A stretch of 64,000 bases of DNA from Gemmatimonadota bacterium (GTDB taxonomy: Bacteria; Gemmatimonadota; Gemmatimonadetes; Gemmatimonadales; Gemmatimonadaceae). The translations under genes and the position numbers were made by a program. Position 1 is the stretch's first letter. Every line of letters starts with the position of its first letter. The notes below the pieces were generated by a model that did no database searches, was not told the DNA's origin, and was given only the letters and a program-made list of their open reading frames with translations. The stretch covers positions 5,279 to 69,278 of the forward strand of contig JAYEKC010000026.1 of the NCBI GenBank assembly GCA_034716715.1, in the 5' to 3' direction. Of the stretch, positions 54,056 to 62,900 are shown piece after piece.

Positions 54056-56689
54056 CTACCGGCGGTCCGGTTCACCGGCGACGTGCGGATCCTCGTGCCG
54101 CGCATCGGCGGCCAGTTCGGCCAGCAGCGTCAGCGCCTCGAGTGGCGTCACCTGGTTCACGTCGAGCGACCGCAGCCGTTCCACCACCGGGTGTTCGCGC
54201 GTGCCGCCGAACAGGGCGAGTTGGTCGTCCCCCGGCGGGGTGCGACGCACCGCGCCGCCGGCAAGCGCGACGGCCAGCTGCTCCTGCTCAAGCACCGCAA
54301 GCAACGCGCGCGCGCGACGCAGCACGGGCTCCGGCAGGCCGGCCAGACGGCCCACCTCGATCCCATAGGACCGGTCCGCGCCTCCCGGCCGGAGGCGATG
54401 CAGGAACCGGATGCCCCCGCCGCGCTCCTCCACCGCCACGTTGAAGTTGCGCACGCCCGGCAGCTCGTCCGCGAGCTGCGTCAGTTCGTGGTAGTGTGTC
54501 GCGAATACCGTCTTCGCCCCCACGCGGTTGTGCAGGTGCTCACTCACCGCCCATGCGATGCTGACGCCGTCCCACGTGCTCGTCCCACGCCCGATCTCGT
54601 CCAGCAACACGAGGCTCCGCGCCGTGGCCGTGTGCAGGATGGCGCTCGTCTCCGACATCTCCACCATGAAGGTCGACTGGCTGCGGACGAGGTTGTCGCT
54701 CGCTCCAACCCGCGTGAACACGCGGTCCATTACGCCTATCCGCGCCCGCGTCGCCGGCACGAAGCTCCCGACGTGCGCCATCAGCGCCTGAAGGCCGATC
54801 TGGCGGAGCGTCGTGCTCTTCCCCGCCATGTTTGGCCCGGTCAGGATCAGCATCCGCGCATCCGGTGTGAGCGTCACGTCGTTGGGGATGAACTGCTCGC
54901 GCGGCATCATGCGCTCCACCACCGGGTGCCGCCCGCCGGTGACCTCGAACTCCGCGCCGTCGTGCATCTCCGGACGCACGTACCGCTCGCGCACGGCAAC
55001 GTCGGCCAAAGCCGCGGTCACGTCCAGCGTCGCGATCCGCCCGGCAATAGCCTGCAGCCGCACGATCTCGGCGCCCATGTGTCGCCGCAGATCATCGAAA
55101 AGGTCATGCTCCAGACGCTCGATGCGTTCCGTGGCATGCAGCACCTTCTCCTCGAACTCCTTCAGCGGCGGCGTGACATACCGTTCCGCCCCCGCGAGCG
55201 TTTGCCGCCGCTGGTAGTCCGTCGGCACGAGGTGCGTGTTGGCGTTGGTGACCTCGATGTAGTAGCCGAACACCCGGTTGTGCCCGACCTTCAGCGACCC
55301 GATGCCGGTGCGTTCCCGCTCCGACTGCTGCAGCGCCGCAATCGCGTCGCGCCCACCCATCGCAATGCCCCGGAGTTCGTCGAGTTCTTGGTGTGTCCCC
55401 CGGGCAATCGTCTCGCCCTCACCGATGACAGCCGGGGGGCGCTCGACGAGCGTCGCCGCCACCCGCGTCGCGAGGTCCGACGCGTCGTCCCACGCCTGAA
55501 TCACGGCGGCCAGCTCGCCACGCATCAGGGTGCGCGCCAGCGCGTTGGTCACCGAATTGAGGCGGCCCAGCGAGTCGCCAAGCGCCCGTACGTCCCGCGG
55601 CGTTGCGCGACCCGCCGCACACTTGGCCGCGAGGCGCTCAACGTCACGCACGCCGTCGAGCGATGCCTGGAGCGCGGCAAGCGCGCCCGGAGCGTCGACG
55701 AGGGTCGCGACCGCGTCAAGTCGCGCGTCGATGGCCTCCCGCTCGGTGAGCGGCGCAAGGATCCGGCTCCGCAACAACCGTGCCCCCATCGGCGTCACCG
55801 TTCGGTCGAGCACGCTGAGCAGCGTCCCGCCCTCCTGGTCGCCCCGGAGGGAGTCAACGAGCTCGAGGTTTCGCCGCGTCATGTCGTCCAGCGGCATCAC
55901 GCCGCCGGGACGTTCGATGAACGGCCGCGCAAGATGGGCCAGCCCGGCCGGCTGCAGTTCCCGCAGATACCGGACGAGCGCCCCGGCCACTCCCGCCAGA
56001 GCCCCATCATCCGTGCCGAACCCGAGTCCCTCGAGGCTAGCAATGCCGTATTGATCAGCCAGCTCGCGTCCGGCGGGCGCTTCGTCGAACTCCCAGTCCG
56101 GTCGTTCCGTTACGAGCACGCCGCTGCCGGTCGTATCGGCGACGAGCGCCCGTGCCGTCGCGCCCACGAGTACCTCCCTGGGACCCAGCCGGGCGAGCGT
56201 GGCGCCAAGGTCGGCCACCGGAACCGTCAGCAGGCGGAACTCACCGGTGGAAAGGTCCGCCGCGCCAACAACGGCGCGGTCCGCCCGGCGCGCAACGGCC
56301 GCGAGATAGGTGTTGCGCGCGCTGTCCAGCAGGTCGTCCGCGAACGCTGCCCCGGGGGTGACCGTCTCGATGACGGCGCGGCGCACGATGCCCTTGGCCG
56401 ACTTCGGGTCCTCCACCTGGTCGCAAATCGCCACGCGGTAACCGCGCTCGACGAGTTTTCGGACATAGTCGCCGGCGGCCCGCACCGGCACGCCGGCGAG
56501 CGGCACGGCCGCGGCTCCTCCGTTGTTTCGCGCGGTCAGCGTCAGGCCCAGCACCCGCGCAGCCGTCTCGGCGTCGTCGTAGAACATCTCGAAGAAGTCG
56601 CCCATCCGGAACATCAGGATGGCATCGCGGTGCCGCGACTTGATCTCGTCGTACTGCTGCATGAGCGGCGTGGCCGGTGTCGCGCTCAC
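54056..56689 (-). CDS. mutS: DNA mismatch repair protein MutS
   Basis: TPLMQQYDEIKSRHRDAILMFRMGDFFEMFYDDA, Walker A GPNMAGKST, DEIGRGTST and THYHEL. The GTG start overlaps the SPOR gene stop (GTGA). Confidence 0.95.
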   Translation of the reverse strand: MSATPATPLMQQYDEIKSRHRDAILMFRMGDFFEMFYDDAETAARVLGLTLTARNNGGAAAVPLAGVPVRAAGDYVRKLVERGYRVAICDQVEDPKSAKGIVRRAVIETVTPGAAFADDLLDSARNTYLAAVARRADRAVVGAADLSTGEFRLLTVPVADLGATLARLGPREVLVGATARALVADTTGSGVLVTERPDWEFDEAPAGRELADQYGIASLEGLGFGTDDGALAGVAGALVRYLRELQPAGLAHLARPFIERPGGVMPLDDMTRRNLELVDSLRGDQEGGTLLSVLDRTVTPMGARLLRSRILAPLTEREAIDARLDAVATLVDAPGALAALQASLDGVRDVERLAAKCAAGRATPRDVRALGDSLGRLNSVTNALARTLMRGELAAVIQAWDDASDLATRVAATLVERPPAVIGEGETIARGTHQELDELRGIAMGGRDAIAALQQSERERTGIGSLKVGHNRVFGYYIEVTNANTHLVPTDYQRRQTLAGAERYVTPPLKEFEEKVLHATERIERLEHDLFDDLRRHMGAEIVRLQAIAGRIATLDVTAALADVAVRERYVRPEMHDGAEFEVTGGRHPVVERMMPREQFIPNDVTLTPDARMLILTGPNMAGKSTTLRQIGLQALMAHVGSFVPATRARIGVMDRVFTRVGASDNLVRSQSTFMVEMSETSAILHTATARSLVLLDEIGRGTSTWDGVSIAWAVSEHLHNRVGAKTVFATHYHELTQLADELPGVRNFNVAVEERGGGIRFLHRLRPGGADRSYGIEVGRLAGLPEPVLRRARALLAVLEQEQLAVALAGGAVRRTPPGDDQLALFGGTREHPVVERLRSLDVNQVTPLEALTLLAELAADARHEDPHVAGEPDRR

Positions 56690-57687
56690 GGTCGCTCCGC
56701 CTCGACGACGATCGCGGTGAACCGCTGCCGCTTCAGCTTCGTTGCGACGTCGGCCGCCGACTGGCGCGCCGCAAAACGGCCCACCCGCACGCGGTACGGA
56801 GACTCCAGCGCGACCCTCGCCTCATACCCGAGCGCCACCAAGCGCGCACGCAGGCGATCGGCCTCCGACCGCGTCCCATACGCGGCCACCTGAACCGTCC
56901 ACCGGGCCGCTGGCGGTGATGGGCCGCCCGCCCGCGCTCCACGCCCTGACCCCGGTGTGGAGCTGTCGCCCCCCGGGCTCTCCGTCGCGTTGGCTCGGCC
57001 GGCGCCTCGCGAACCGGCGCTGGGTGCCTTGGCGTCTGCCGGTTTCCCTTGCTTCGTCGCACTCGCGGCGGCGGCGATGCTGTCTGCCTGCGCGTCTTTC
57101 CATCGTTCGCAGGGACGAGCGTCGTAGGCTGTCCGGTTCCGGAGTTCGACCTGGTCCTCGGGCAGGTGCACGAGCGCTGAATCGAACGCGGCGCAGGCAG
57201 CTTCCATCCGGCCCTTGCCGAGGTGCAGGCGGCCTGCGTCGGCCGCCGCCCGCGGTCCGACGCCGGTCGGCATGAAGTCGCGCACGATTCGGTCCATCCG
57301 GCGGAGGGCCAGGTCGCTGTCCCCGGATGCCAGGTCCTGCCTGGCGAGAGCGTACAGCGCATCGGCGGTGCGCGGATGCGTGGGGTAGTCCACCGTCAGG
57401 CGGATCAGGTCCAGGCGCGCATCCGGGGAACGACGCAGCGTTCCGCGCCAGTACAGCGCATCGGCGTAGCCCGCCGCACTCGGGTCGGTGTCCGCCAGCA
57501 CCGAATCCGCCACGGCCAGCGCGACGGAGTCCTGGCCGGCCTGGACGAGGGATTCGATTCGCGCGGATGGCGTTACGGACGCCTGCCCTGGCAGCCGACC
57601 TGCCGCCAACACCATCAGCCCGAACCCGCCGGCCGCGTATGCCGCTGCCTTGCCGATGTGTCGGGTGCGAATTCCCGCCGGTGTCAC
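56686..57687 (-). CDS. Membrane-anchored TPR-like / SPOR-domain protein
   Basis: C-terminal SPOR pattern WTVQVAAYGTRSEADRLRARLVALGYEARVALESPYRVRVGRF. N-terminal anchor AAAYAAGGFGLMVLAAG. The GTG start 57685-57687 overlaps the holA stop (GTGA). Confidence 0.75.
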   Translation of the reverse strand: MTPAGIRTRHIGKAAAYAAGGFGLMVLAAGRLPGQASVTPSARIESLVQAGQDSVALAVADSVLADTDPSAAGYADALYWRGTLRRSPDARLDLIRLTVDYPTHPRTADALYALARQDLASGDSDLALRRMDRIVRDFMPTGVGPRAAADAGRLHLGKGRMEAACAAFDSALVHLPEDQVELRNRTAYDARPCERWKDAQADSIAAAASATKQGKPADAKAPSAGSRGAGRANATESPGGDSSTPGSGRGARAGGPSPPAARWTVQVAAYGTRSEADRLRARLVALGYEARVALESPYRVRVGRFAARQSAADVATKLKRQRFTAIVVEAERP

Positions 57688-58742
57688 GCCGTGCGCCCCG
57701 TCGGTCGCGTGCGCGCGCACATCGTCAGGAGTAGCGTCACAAGAACTTGCTCGTCCGTCGAGACGCTCGTGTTCTTGAGGGCACTGTCGGCATCCGCGAG
57801 CAGGCCAAGCGCTCGGTCGACGCTCCCGAAGTCCCACCGGTCTGCGGTCCGGGTCATCGTCCCCACGGCTTCGCTCCACGGGCGCCCCACAGGTGCGCTC
57901 CGCGCCGCGCCCATCATCGTGTAGATCGCGTTCGCGACGTGCCGCGGCGACGTGCGACGCTCGCGCTCCTGCAGCACCACGCCGATCCCCAGCAGGTGCG
58001 CCGAAAGCGAGAGCACCATTCCCACGGCCGAGGCCTTGGGCTGTCGGAGCACGACGGGAACGAGCGCCGCGGCAGCACGGCCGTCCCGCGCGCACGCGAG
58101 GTCGATCAAGTCGGCCGCCGTCGAGCCCGATGTCACGCCCGTGACCGCGTCGACATGCGTAGTCGTGATCGTCGCGGCGCCGGCGAAGTCCTGCAGCTTG
58201 CGTAGCTCGCCGTCGATCAGCGCAAGGTCGGAACCGGTCGCTGCAAACAGCCGCTCGGCGGCCTCCGGCTCGATTGAGGTACCCGCTTGCCGGGCGCGGG
58301 CCGAGACCCAGGCGAGCGCGTCTCGCTCATTCAGTGCACCAAGCTCCACCGACGTGGCCTTGCCGACAAGCGTCGCCTCCGTCTTCCATCCGGCCGGCGC
58401 CACCAGGATGAGCACCGTCCCGGGAGACGGGTGTTCCAGATACCGGTCCAGGACGGCCCGGACGTCCTTGCGCAGCGCCGAAACCTCTCGCACCACCACG
58501 ACGCGGCGTGTTGCGAGCATTGGAAGCGCGTCAAGGGCCTGCGCCAGCGTCCCCGCGTCGGTATCGGATCCCCGCAGGAGGTCGACGTTGAACTCCCGGG
58601 TGCCCGGATCGGTCAGCGCCGGGACGAACTCCCGGAGACGTTCCTCCTTCAGGAAGTCGTTGTCGCCGAAAAGGAGGTAGACAAGATCCGGCGTCCCGCG
58701 GGCGACCGCGTTGTCGAGTGCGTCGAGGGCGGCCAGCGGCAT
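57684..58742 (-). CDS. holA: DNA polymerase III delta subunit
   Basis: Trimmed to ATG 58740-58742. VYLLFGDNDFLKEE lies about 20 residues from the N-terminus, as in HolA. 352 aa with a helical C-terminal domain. Confidence 0.75.
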   Translation of the reverse strand: MPLAALDALDNAVARGTPDLVYLLFGDNDFLKEERLREFVPALTDPGTREFNVDLLRGSDTDAGTLAQALDALPMLATRRVVVVREVSALRKDVRAVLDRYLEHPSPGTVLILVAPAGWKTEATLVGKATSVELGALNERDALAWVSARARQAGTSIEPEAAERLFAATGSDLALIDGELRKLQDFAGAATITTTHVDAVTGVTSGSTAADLIDLACARDGRAAAALVPVVLRQPKASAVGMVLSLSAHLLGIGVVLQERERRTSPRHVANAIYTMMGAARSAPVGRPWSEAVGTMTRTADRWDFGSVDRALGLLADADSALKNTSVSTDEQVLVTLLLTMCARTRPTGRTA

Positions 58743-59005
58743 GAACGAAATATAGCCGCCACCGGGATGGCTTCCGACCGTGTGCTCGCACGGTGGAATC
58801 GCGCGTCGAGCGCGGACCGGAGTGCCGTTGACGGACGCAGGGGACGGATGGCGGCAAGGGCCATCAGGCCGCGACGCAGCGCGACGTGCAGCCGGGCGCA
58901 CCGTCGGCAGTTGGCGAGATGTTCGAGCGCCCGGGCGTGCAACGTGGCGGACAATTCGCCTTCGACGAACGCGAGATGATGCTGGCGGAACGCGCGACAG
59001 GTCAT
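58649..59005 (-). CDS. Putative zinc-finger (ZAS, HxxxCxxC) anti-sigma factor without a TM segment
   Basis: MTCRAFRQHHLAFVEGEL...HLANCRRC gives the H-x3-C-x2-C motif. It lies downstream of the ECF sigma gene. The last 94 nt overlap holA in another frame, so the C-terminal end is uncertain. Confidence 0.55.
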   Translation of the reverse strand: MTCRAFRQHHLAFVEGELSATLHARALEHLANCRRCARLHVALRRGLMALAAIRPLRPSTALRSALDARFHRASTRSEAIPVAAIFRSCRWPPSTHSTTRSPAGRRILSTSFSATTTS

Positions 59006-59054
59006 CTGGCTCCGGGATGCAGGGGGCGTATCAGCTGTACCCCGGGCGCGCCAC

Positions 59055-59084
59055 GGGGGTTCCGGCGCGCGTGCCGGAACCCCC
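59055..59084 (-). promoter_or_regulatory. Perfect 12-bp GC hairpin between the sigma and anti-sigma genes (possible attenuator or processing site)
   Basis: gggggttccggc / gcgcgt / gccggaaccccc, read directly. It sits in the 104-nt gap between the two genes and has no U-tract. Confidence 0.35.
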
Positions 59085-59109
59085 GTTCCCCCAACCGTTC
59101 CGCGACGGC

Positions 59110-59781
59110 CTAGCGCAGTCGTGGCTCGATGATCTCCGCAAACGCGTTTCGCGCGCGGTTCAGCCGGGACTTTACCGTACCGAGGTTGCAGTGCGTGATC
59201 TCGGCGATTTCCTCGTAGGAACGTCCTTCGAGTTCACGCAGGACGAACACGTCCCGATGATGCGCGGGAAGCTGTGCCACCGACTCTTCGACCGCTTCCT
59301 GAAGGTGACGCTGGCGGAAGGCTTCGTCCGGCTGGGCTCCCGTGTCCTCGAACTCGAGGGGCCGCTCGTCGTCCGTCCACTGTGGGGCAAGCGCGGTGAA
59401 AAGCACCAGCGGACTGCGCGACCGGTTGCGAAGCTCGTTCTTCGCGAGGTTCGACGCGATCGTGTACGCCCAGGTGGAGAACTTCTTCGAGCGGTCGAAG
59501 CGCGCCAGGTGGCGGTGGATGCGGATGAAGGCTTCCTGGACGAGATCCTCGGACCGCTCCCGGTCACCGACGATGCGGTACACGAAGTTCAGCAGCCGAA
59601 GCTGGTATCGGTTGACCAGGACCTCGAAGGCGCGAGTATCGCCCGTCAGGTGGGCCTGCACCAGCGTGTTGTCCGGAAGGTCGTTCAGCTCCGCGCGCGA
59701 CGGTGCCGCTGTTCGGAGCGCTTCGCGTGTTCTGGCAGTGGCCTGCACCATGGATGGCCCCAGTGGCGTGATTGGCGACAT
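59110..59781 (-). CDS. ECF (group 4) sigma-70 family RNA polymerase sigma factor
   Basis: Region 2: YRIVGDRERSEDLVQEAFIRIHRHL...FSTWAYTIA. Region 4: SYEEIAEITHCNLGTVKSRLNRAR. Start at ATG 59781; an alternative ATG is at 59751. Confidence 0.85.
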   Translation of the reverse strand: MSPITPLGPSMVQATARTREALRTAAPSRAELNDLPDNTLVQAHLTGDTRAFEVLVNRYQLRLLNFVYRIVGDRERSEDLVQEAFIRIHRHLARFDRSKKFSTWAYTIASNLAKNELRNRSRSPLVLFTALAPQWTDDERPLEFEDTGAQPDEAFRQRHLQEAVEESVAQLPAHHRDVFVLRELEGRSYEEIAEITHCNLGTVKSRLNRARNAFAEIIEPRLR

Positions 59782-59820
59782 GCCAACCCGCGATAGGTAG
59801 GTGCAGGCTACGTGCCACAC

Positions 59821-59945
59821 AGATCTGACACGACGAATATCAGCCTATATGGTTGTTGGACAATGGCTTATAGATATATCGCTCTTTATGACAGTCTATA
59901 TAAACAGCACAAGATTCCGGGAAAGTGGACATGAGATTTGGACAC
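59821..59945 (-). promoter_or_regulatory. AT-rich island upstream of the ECF sigma gene (candidate promoter/operator region)
   Basis: Directly visible composition break (for example ctatatggttgttggacaatggcttatagatatatcgctctttatgacagtctatataaacagc). The minus strand contains TTGTCC-N16-GATATT and TTGTGC-N16-CATAAA. Confidence 0.35.
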
Positions 59946-59970
59946 TTGGCTGCCCGGGAACCGCCGCCGA

Positions 59971-60534
59971 TCACTGGCTGCAGCGAAACCCTGCCGCGAA
60001 GAGAATCGCGATGATGCTCTTCGCATCCGTGATCTCCCCATTTCCGATTTGCCGAAGTGCCGCCGACATCGGGGTCCGCGTGATTTCGATGAACTCGTCC
60101 CGCTCGCGGCGGCTCTCCCCCATCGTGAGGCCCGTCGCCATGAACAGGTGAATGCGCTCGTCGCTGAACCCGGGCGTCGTGAAGATCGTCGTCAGGTGCG
60201 TCACGTTCGCCGCCGTGCAGCCGGTTTCTTCGAGCAGCTCCCGCCGGGCGCATTCCGCGGGAGGTTCATTGGGCTCGAGCCGGCCGGCGGGGATTTCCGT
60301 CAGCCATGCGCCGGCTGCGTGTCGGTACTGCCGTAGCAGCAGGAGCTCGGGATCCGGGCCGGCGGGGTCGCCCAGAAACGGGAGCACGGCGGATGCGCCG
60401 GGATGCCTGACCACGTCGAGCGTTCCGGATGATCCATCCGGAAATCGCACCGTATCCTCGTCGACGCGGATGATGCGGCCGTCGTGCAGACGCCGGGTGC
60501 GGATTGTGCCGGAACCTCGCCCGAGGGATGTCAT
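59971..60534 (-). CDS. NUDIX hydrolase (ADP-ribose pyrophosphatase-like)
   Basis: NUDIX box GRLEPNEPPAECARRELLEETG. The ATG overlaps the stop of the upstream beta-CASP gene (ATGA). Confidence 0.85.
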   Translation of the reverse strand: MTSLGRGSGTIRTRRLHDGRIIRVDEDTVRFPDGSSGTLDVVRHPGASAVLPFLGDPAGPDPELLLLRQYRHAAGAWLTEIPAGRLEPNEPPAECARRELLEETGCTAANVTHLTTIFTTPGFSDERIHLFMATGLTMGESRRERDEFIEITRTPMSAALRQIGNGEITDAKSIIAILFAAGFRCSQ

Positions 60535-61931
60535 GCGTCGAGCGTGTCGCTTTCCCCGGGTGCCGGACAGGACACGCGCGTGTGCAGCCCCTCCAGCGCT
60601 TGCTGCAGGGCGGCCTGCGAATCCGGTTCGCCGTGGACGAGCCAGGTCTTGCGATGGCGTGGCGACTTGCGCCGCACGGCCTCGTGCCAGGCAATCAGCC
60701 CCGCGTGGTCGGCGTGGGCGCTGTACCCGTTGAGGACCCCCACCTGCGCGCGCAGCTCCACTTCCACCCCGTAGATCTTGATGACGGGCCGGCGTTCCAC
60801 GATCCGGCGGCCAAGGGTGTGTTCGGCTTGGAATCCGACGATGAGGATCGTGTTCCGCGGGTCGGAGGCGCCGTGGAGCAGGTGGTGCAGGATCCGGCCC
60901 GATTCGGCCATGCCCGACGCCGCAATCACGACCATCGGTCCGCGCCGGTTCATCGCCTCCTTGGATTCGTCCACCGTCTGCGCAAACGACACGAGGTGAT
61001 TCTGCAACACCCCGGCGGGATGGTCCGCGAACGCGCGGACAAGCGGTTCAGACCGGTCGAACAACTCTTCGTGCCGCACGAAGACGCCGGTGGCCTCGAT
61101 GGCGAGCGGACTGTCGATGACCACGGGAATCTCGGGAATCAGTCGCTCACGGACGAGCCCATGGATCGCGTAGATGATTTCCTGCGTTCGTCCGACCGCG
61201 AACGCCGGGATCAGCACTTTTCCGCCGCGCGCCGCCGTTCCCGCGATGAGTTCGCCAAGGGTCCGGCGTGCGTCGGCGTTTAGCGGGTGCATTCGCCCGC
61301 CGTAGGTGCTCTCCATGAGCATGGCGTCAACGTCCTCGGGCGGCACGGGATCGCGTATGATCGCGAGTCCGCGGCGGCCGATGTCGCCACTGAAGGCCAG
61401 GCGCCGCACCGCCTCCTCCTCACGCCACTCGAGCACCACCGACGCCGAGCCGAGGATGTGCCCAGCATCGACGAACATGGCGCGAACCCCGGGCGCCACG
61501 GGAAACCACGTCCCGTACCCGGTTCCGTGCATCAGGCCGATGGTGCGTTCCACGTCGGCGTGGTCGTACAGTGGCTCGTGGTGCTCGCGGCGGTGCCGGG
61601 CGAGAAATTCGGCGTCCTTCTCCTGGATATGCGCGGAGTCCGCGAGCATCACGCGGCAGAGGTCACGCGTCGCGGGGGTCGCGTGGATCACCCCCCGATA
61701 TCCCTTCCGGACCAGGTACGGAAGCCGGCCAGCGTGATCGATGTGCGCGTGGGAGAGCACGATGGCGTCGATCGCGTCGACCGCGGCCGGCAATTGCAGG
61801 TTCTTCTCGTGGACCTCCGAGCGGCGCCCCTGGAACAGGCCCGCGTCGAGGAGGATAGTCCGGCCGGCCACCTGCACGACATGGCACGAGCCCGTGACCT
61901 CGCGCGCGGCGCCGCGAAACGTGATGCGCAT
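60531..61931 (-). CDS. MBL-fold beta-CASP hydrolase (RNA-metabolising metallo-beta-lactamase type)
   Basis: MRITFRGAAREVTGSCHVV, LSHAHIDHAG, later beta-CASP blocks (ESTYG; GYSAHAD) and a C-terminal VHGE. Confidence 0.8.
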   Translation of the reverse strand: MRITFRGAAREVTGSCHVVQVAGRTILLDAGLFQGRRSEVHEKNLQLPAAVDAIDAIVLSHAHIDHAGRLPYLVRKGYRGVIHATPATRDLCRVMLADSAHIQEKDAEFLARHRREHHEPLYDHADVERTIGLMHGTGYGTWFPVAPGVRAMFVDAGHILGSASVVLEWREEEAVRRLAFSGDIGRRGLAIIRDPVPPEDVDAMLMESTYGGRMHPLNADARRTLGELIAGTAARGGKVLIPAFAVGRTQEIIYAIHGLVRERLIPEIPVVIDSPLAIEATGVFVRHEELFDRSEPLVRAFADHPAGVLQNHLVSFAQTVDESKEAMNRRGPMVVIAASGMAESGRILHHLLHGASDPRNTILIVGFQAEHTLGRRIVERRPVIKIYGVEVELRAQVGVLNGYSAHADHAGLIAWHEAVRRKSPRHRKTWLVHGEPDSQAALQQALEGLHTRVSCPAPGESDTLDA

Positions 61932-61963
61932 CGCCTGCTGGCTCGCTCGGTGGCCTGCCGCGA

Positions 61964-62137
61964 TCAGGCCGATTCCGCGCGTCGCGCAAACACGATGATG
62001 ACGCGCTCCGCGCCTTGCGACAGGAGCTCCGGCTGCCAGCCGCTTCGGCTGCGCTCGTTCAGCAGGTCCGTGATCGCGTCTTCGTCGTCACGGGTGCGCC
62101 GGCTTAGCCGGACGACGACGGCCTGATATTCTTTCAT
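61964..62137 (-). CDS. Small DUF4177-like protein (57 aa)
   Basis: Only the last 57 codons of track ORF 61964..62704 look real: [53 protein letters not shown]. The pattern matches my memory of DUF4177. Confidence 0.5.
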   Translation of the reverse strand: MKEYQAVVVRLSRRTRDDEDAITDLLNERSRSGWQPELLSQGAERVIIVFARRAESA

Positions 62138-62164
62138 CCCGGCGAAGATACTAGACTCTTGTAC

Positions 62165-62812
62165 ATGCCCACCACCCCGCCTTTCGCGAACCTCACGGTC
62201 CTTCATCATCCGCTGATCCGCCACAAGGTCACGATGCTTCGCGACCGGACCACGCCGACCAAGATTTTCAAGGAACTGGTGGATGAAATCGCGATGTTGA
62301 TGGCGTACGAGGCCACGGCCGACCTTGCGCTCGAGCCGTGTGAGGTGGAGACGCCCATGGAACGGACCGTCGGCGCGCGCGTTGCCGGCAAGAAGCTCGT
62401 GCTGGTTCCGATTCTCCGGGCGGGACTCGGAATGGTCGAGGGCATCTTGCGGCTCATCCCGTCCGCGCGGGTCGGTCACATCGGCTTGTACCGCGACCAC
62501 GAGTCCCTGCGCCCGGTCGACTACTACTTCAAGATTCCCGGCGACGCTGAAGAGCGGGAGTTCTTTGTGCTCGACCCGATGCTTGCCACGGGCGGAAGTG
62601 CCGTCGCCGCGGTCAGTCGTCTCAAGGCCGCCGGGGCGCGTCGGATCCGGTTCCTTTGCCTCGTTGCTGCTCCCTCCGGGGTATCGGCGCTCCTGCAGGC
62701 GCACCCCGACGTTCCCGTCATGGCCGCGGCTCTTGACCGCGAGCTCAACGGCAGTGGCTACATCCTGCCGGGTCTCGGCGACGCAGGCGACCGCTTGTTC
62801 GGAACTCGCTGA
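62165..62812 (+). CDS. upp: Uracil phosphoribosyltransferase
   Basis: [37 protein letters not shown] and [20 protein letters not shown] 62165 is preferred over the track TTG 62159. Confidence 0.92.
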   Translation: MPTTPPFANLTVLHHPLIRHKVTMLRDRTTPTKIFKELVDEIAMLMAYEATADLALEPCEVETPMERTVGARVAGKKLVLVPILRAGLGMVEGILRLIPSARVGHIGLYRDHESLRPVDYYFKIPGDAEEREFFVLDPMLATGGSAVAAVSRLKAAGARRIRFLCLVAAPSGVSALLQAHPDVPVMAAALDRELNGSGYILPGLGDAGDRLFGTR

Positions 62813-62900
62813 CAGGCGGACGAAGACGAGGACCGGCGCCTCACGGCGAGGTGCTCCGTTACGCGTCGCGAACAGTCACATTCTCTGTTGCATTCGCGTA

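Noticed and set aside
54035-56893. 952-aa plus-strand ORF antisense to mutS
   Set aside because: MutS on the opposite strand is unambiguous, and this antisense product is Arg/His/Pro-rich with no motifs. The same reasoning rejects 21777..23897 (antisense to ettA), 6339..8177, 27051..28910, 12093..14102, 1515..2822 and 42143..43549.
59801-60151. 116-aa plus-strand ORF starting in the AT-rich island
   Set aside because: Its second half is antisense to the NUDIX gene, which has an intact NUDIX box. Its first half has atypical codon usage and no ribosome-binding site, so I treat it as non-coding promoter DNA.
61964-62704. 246-aa minus-strand ORF overlapping upp
   Set aside because: upp on the plus strand is unambiguous. 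Only the terminal 57 codons, outside upp, give a plausible small protein (DUF4177-like). The rest is Arg/Gly/Pro-rich shadow sequence.
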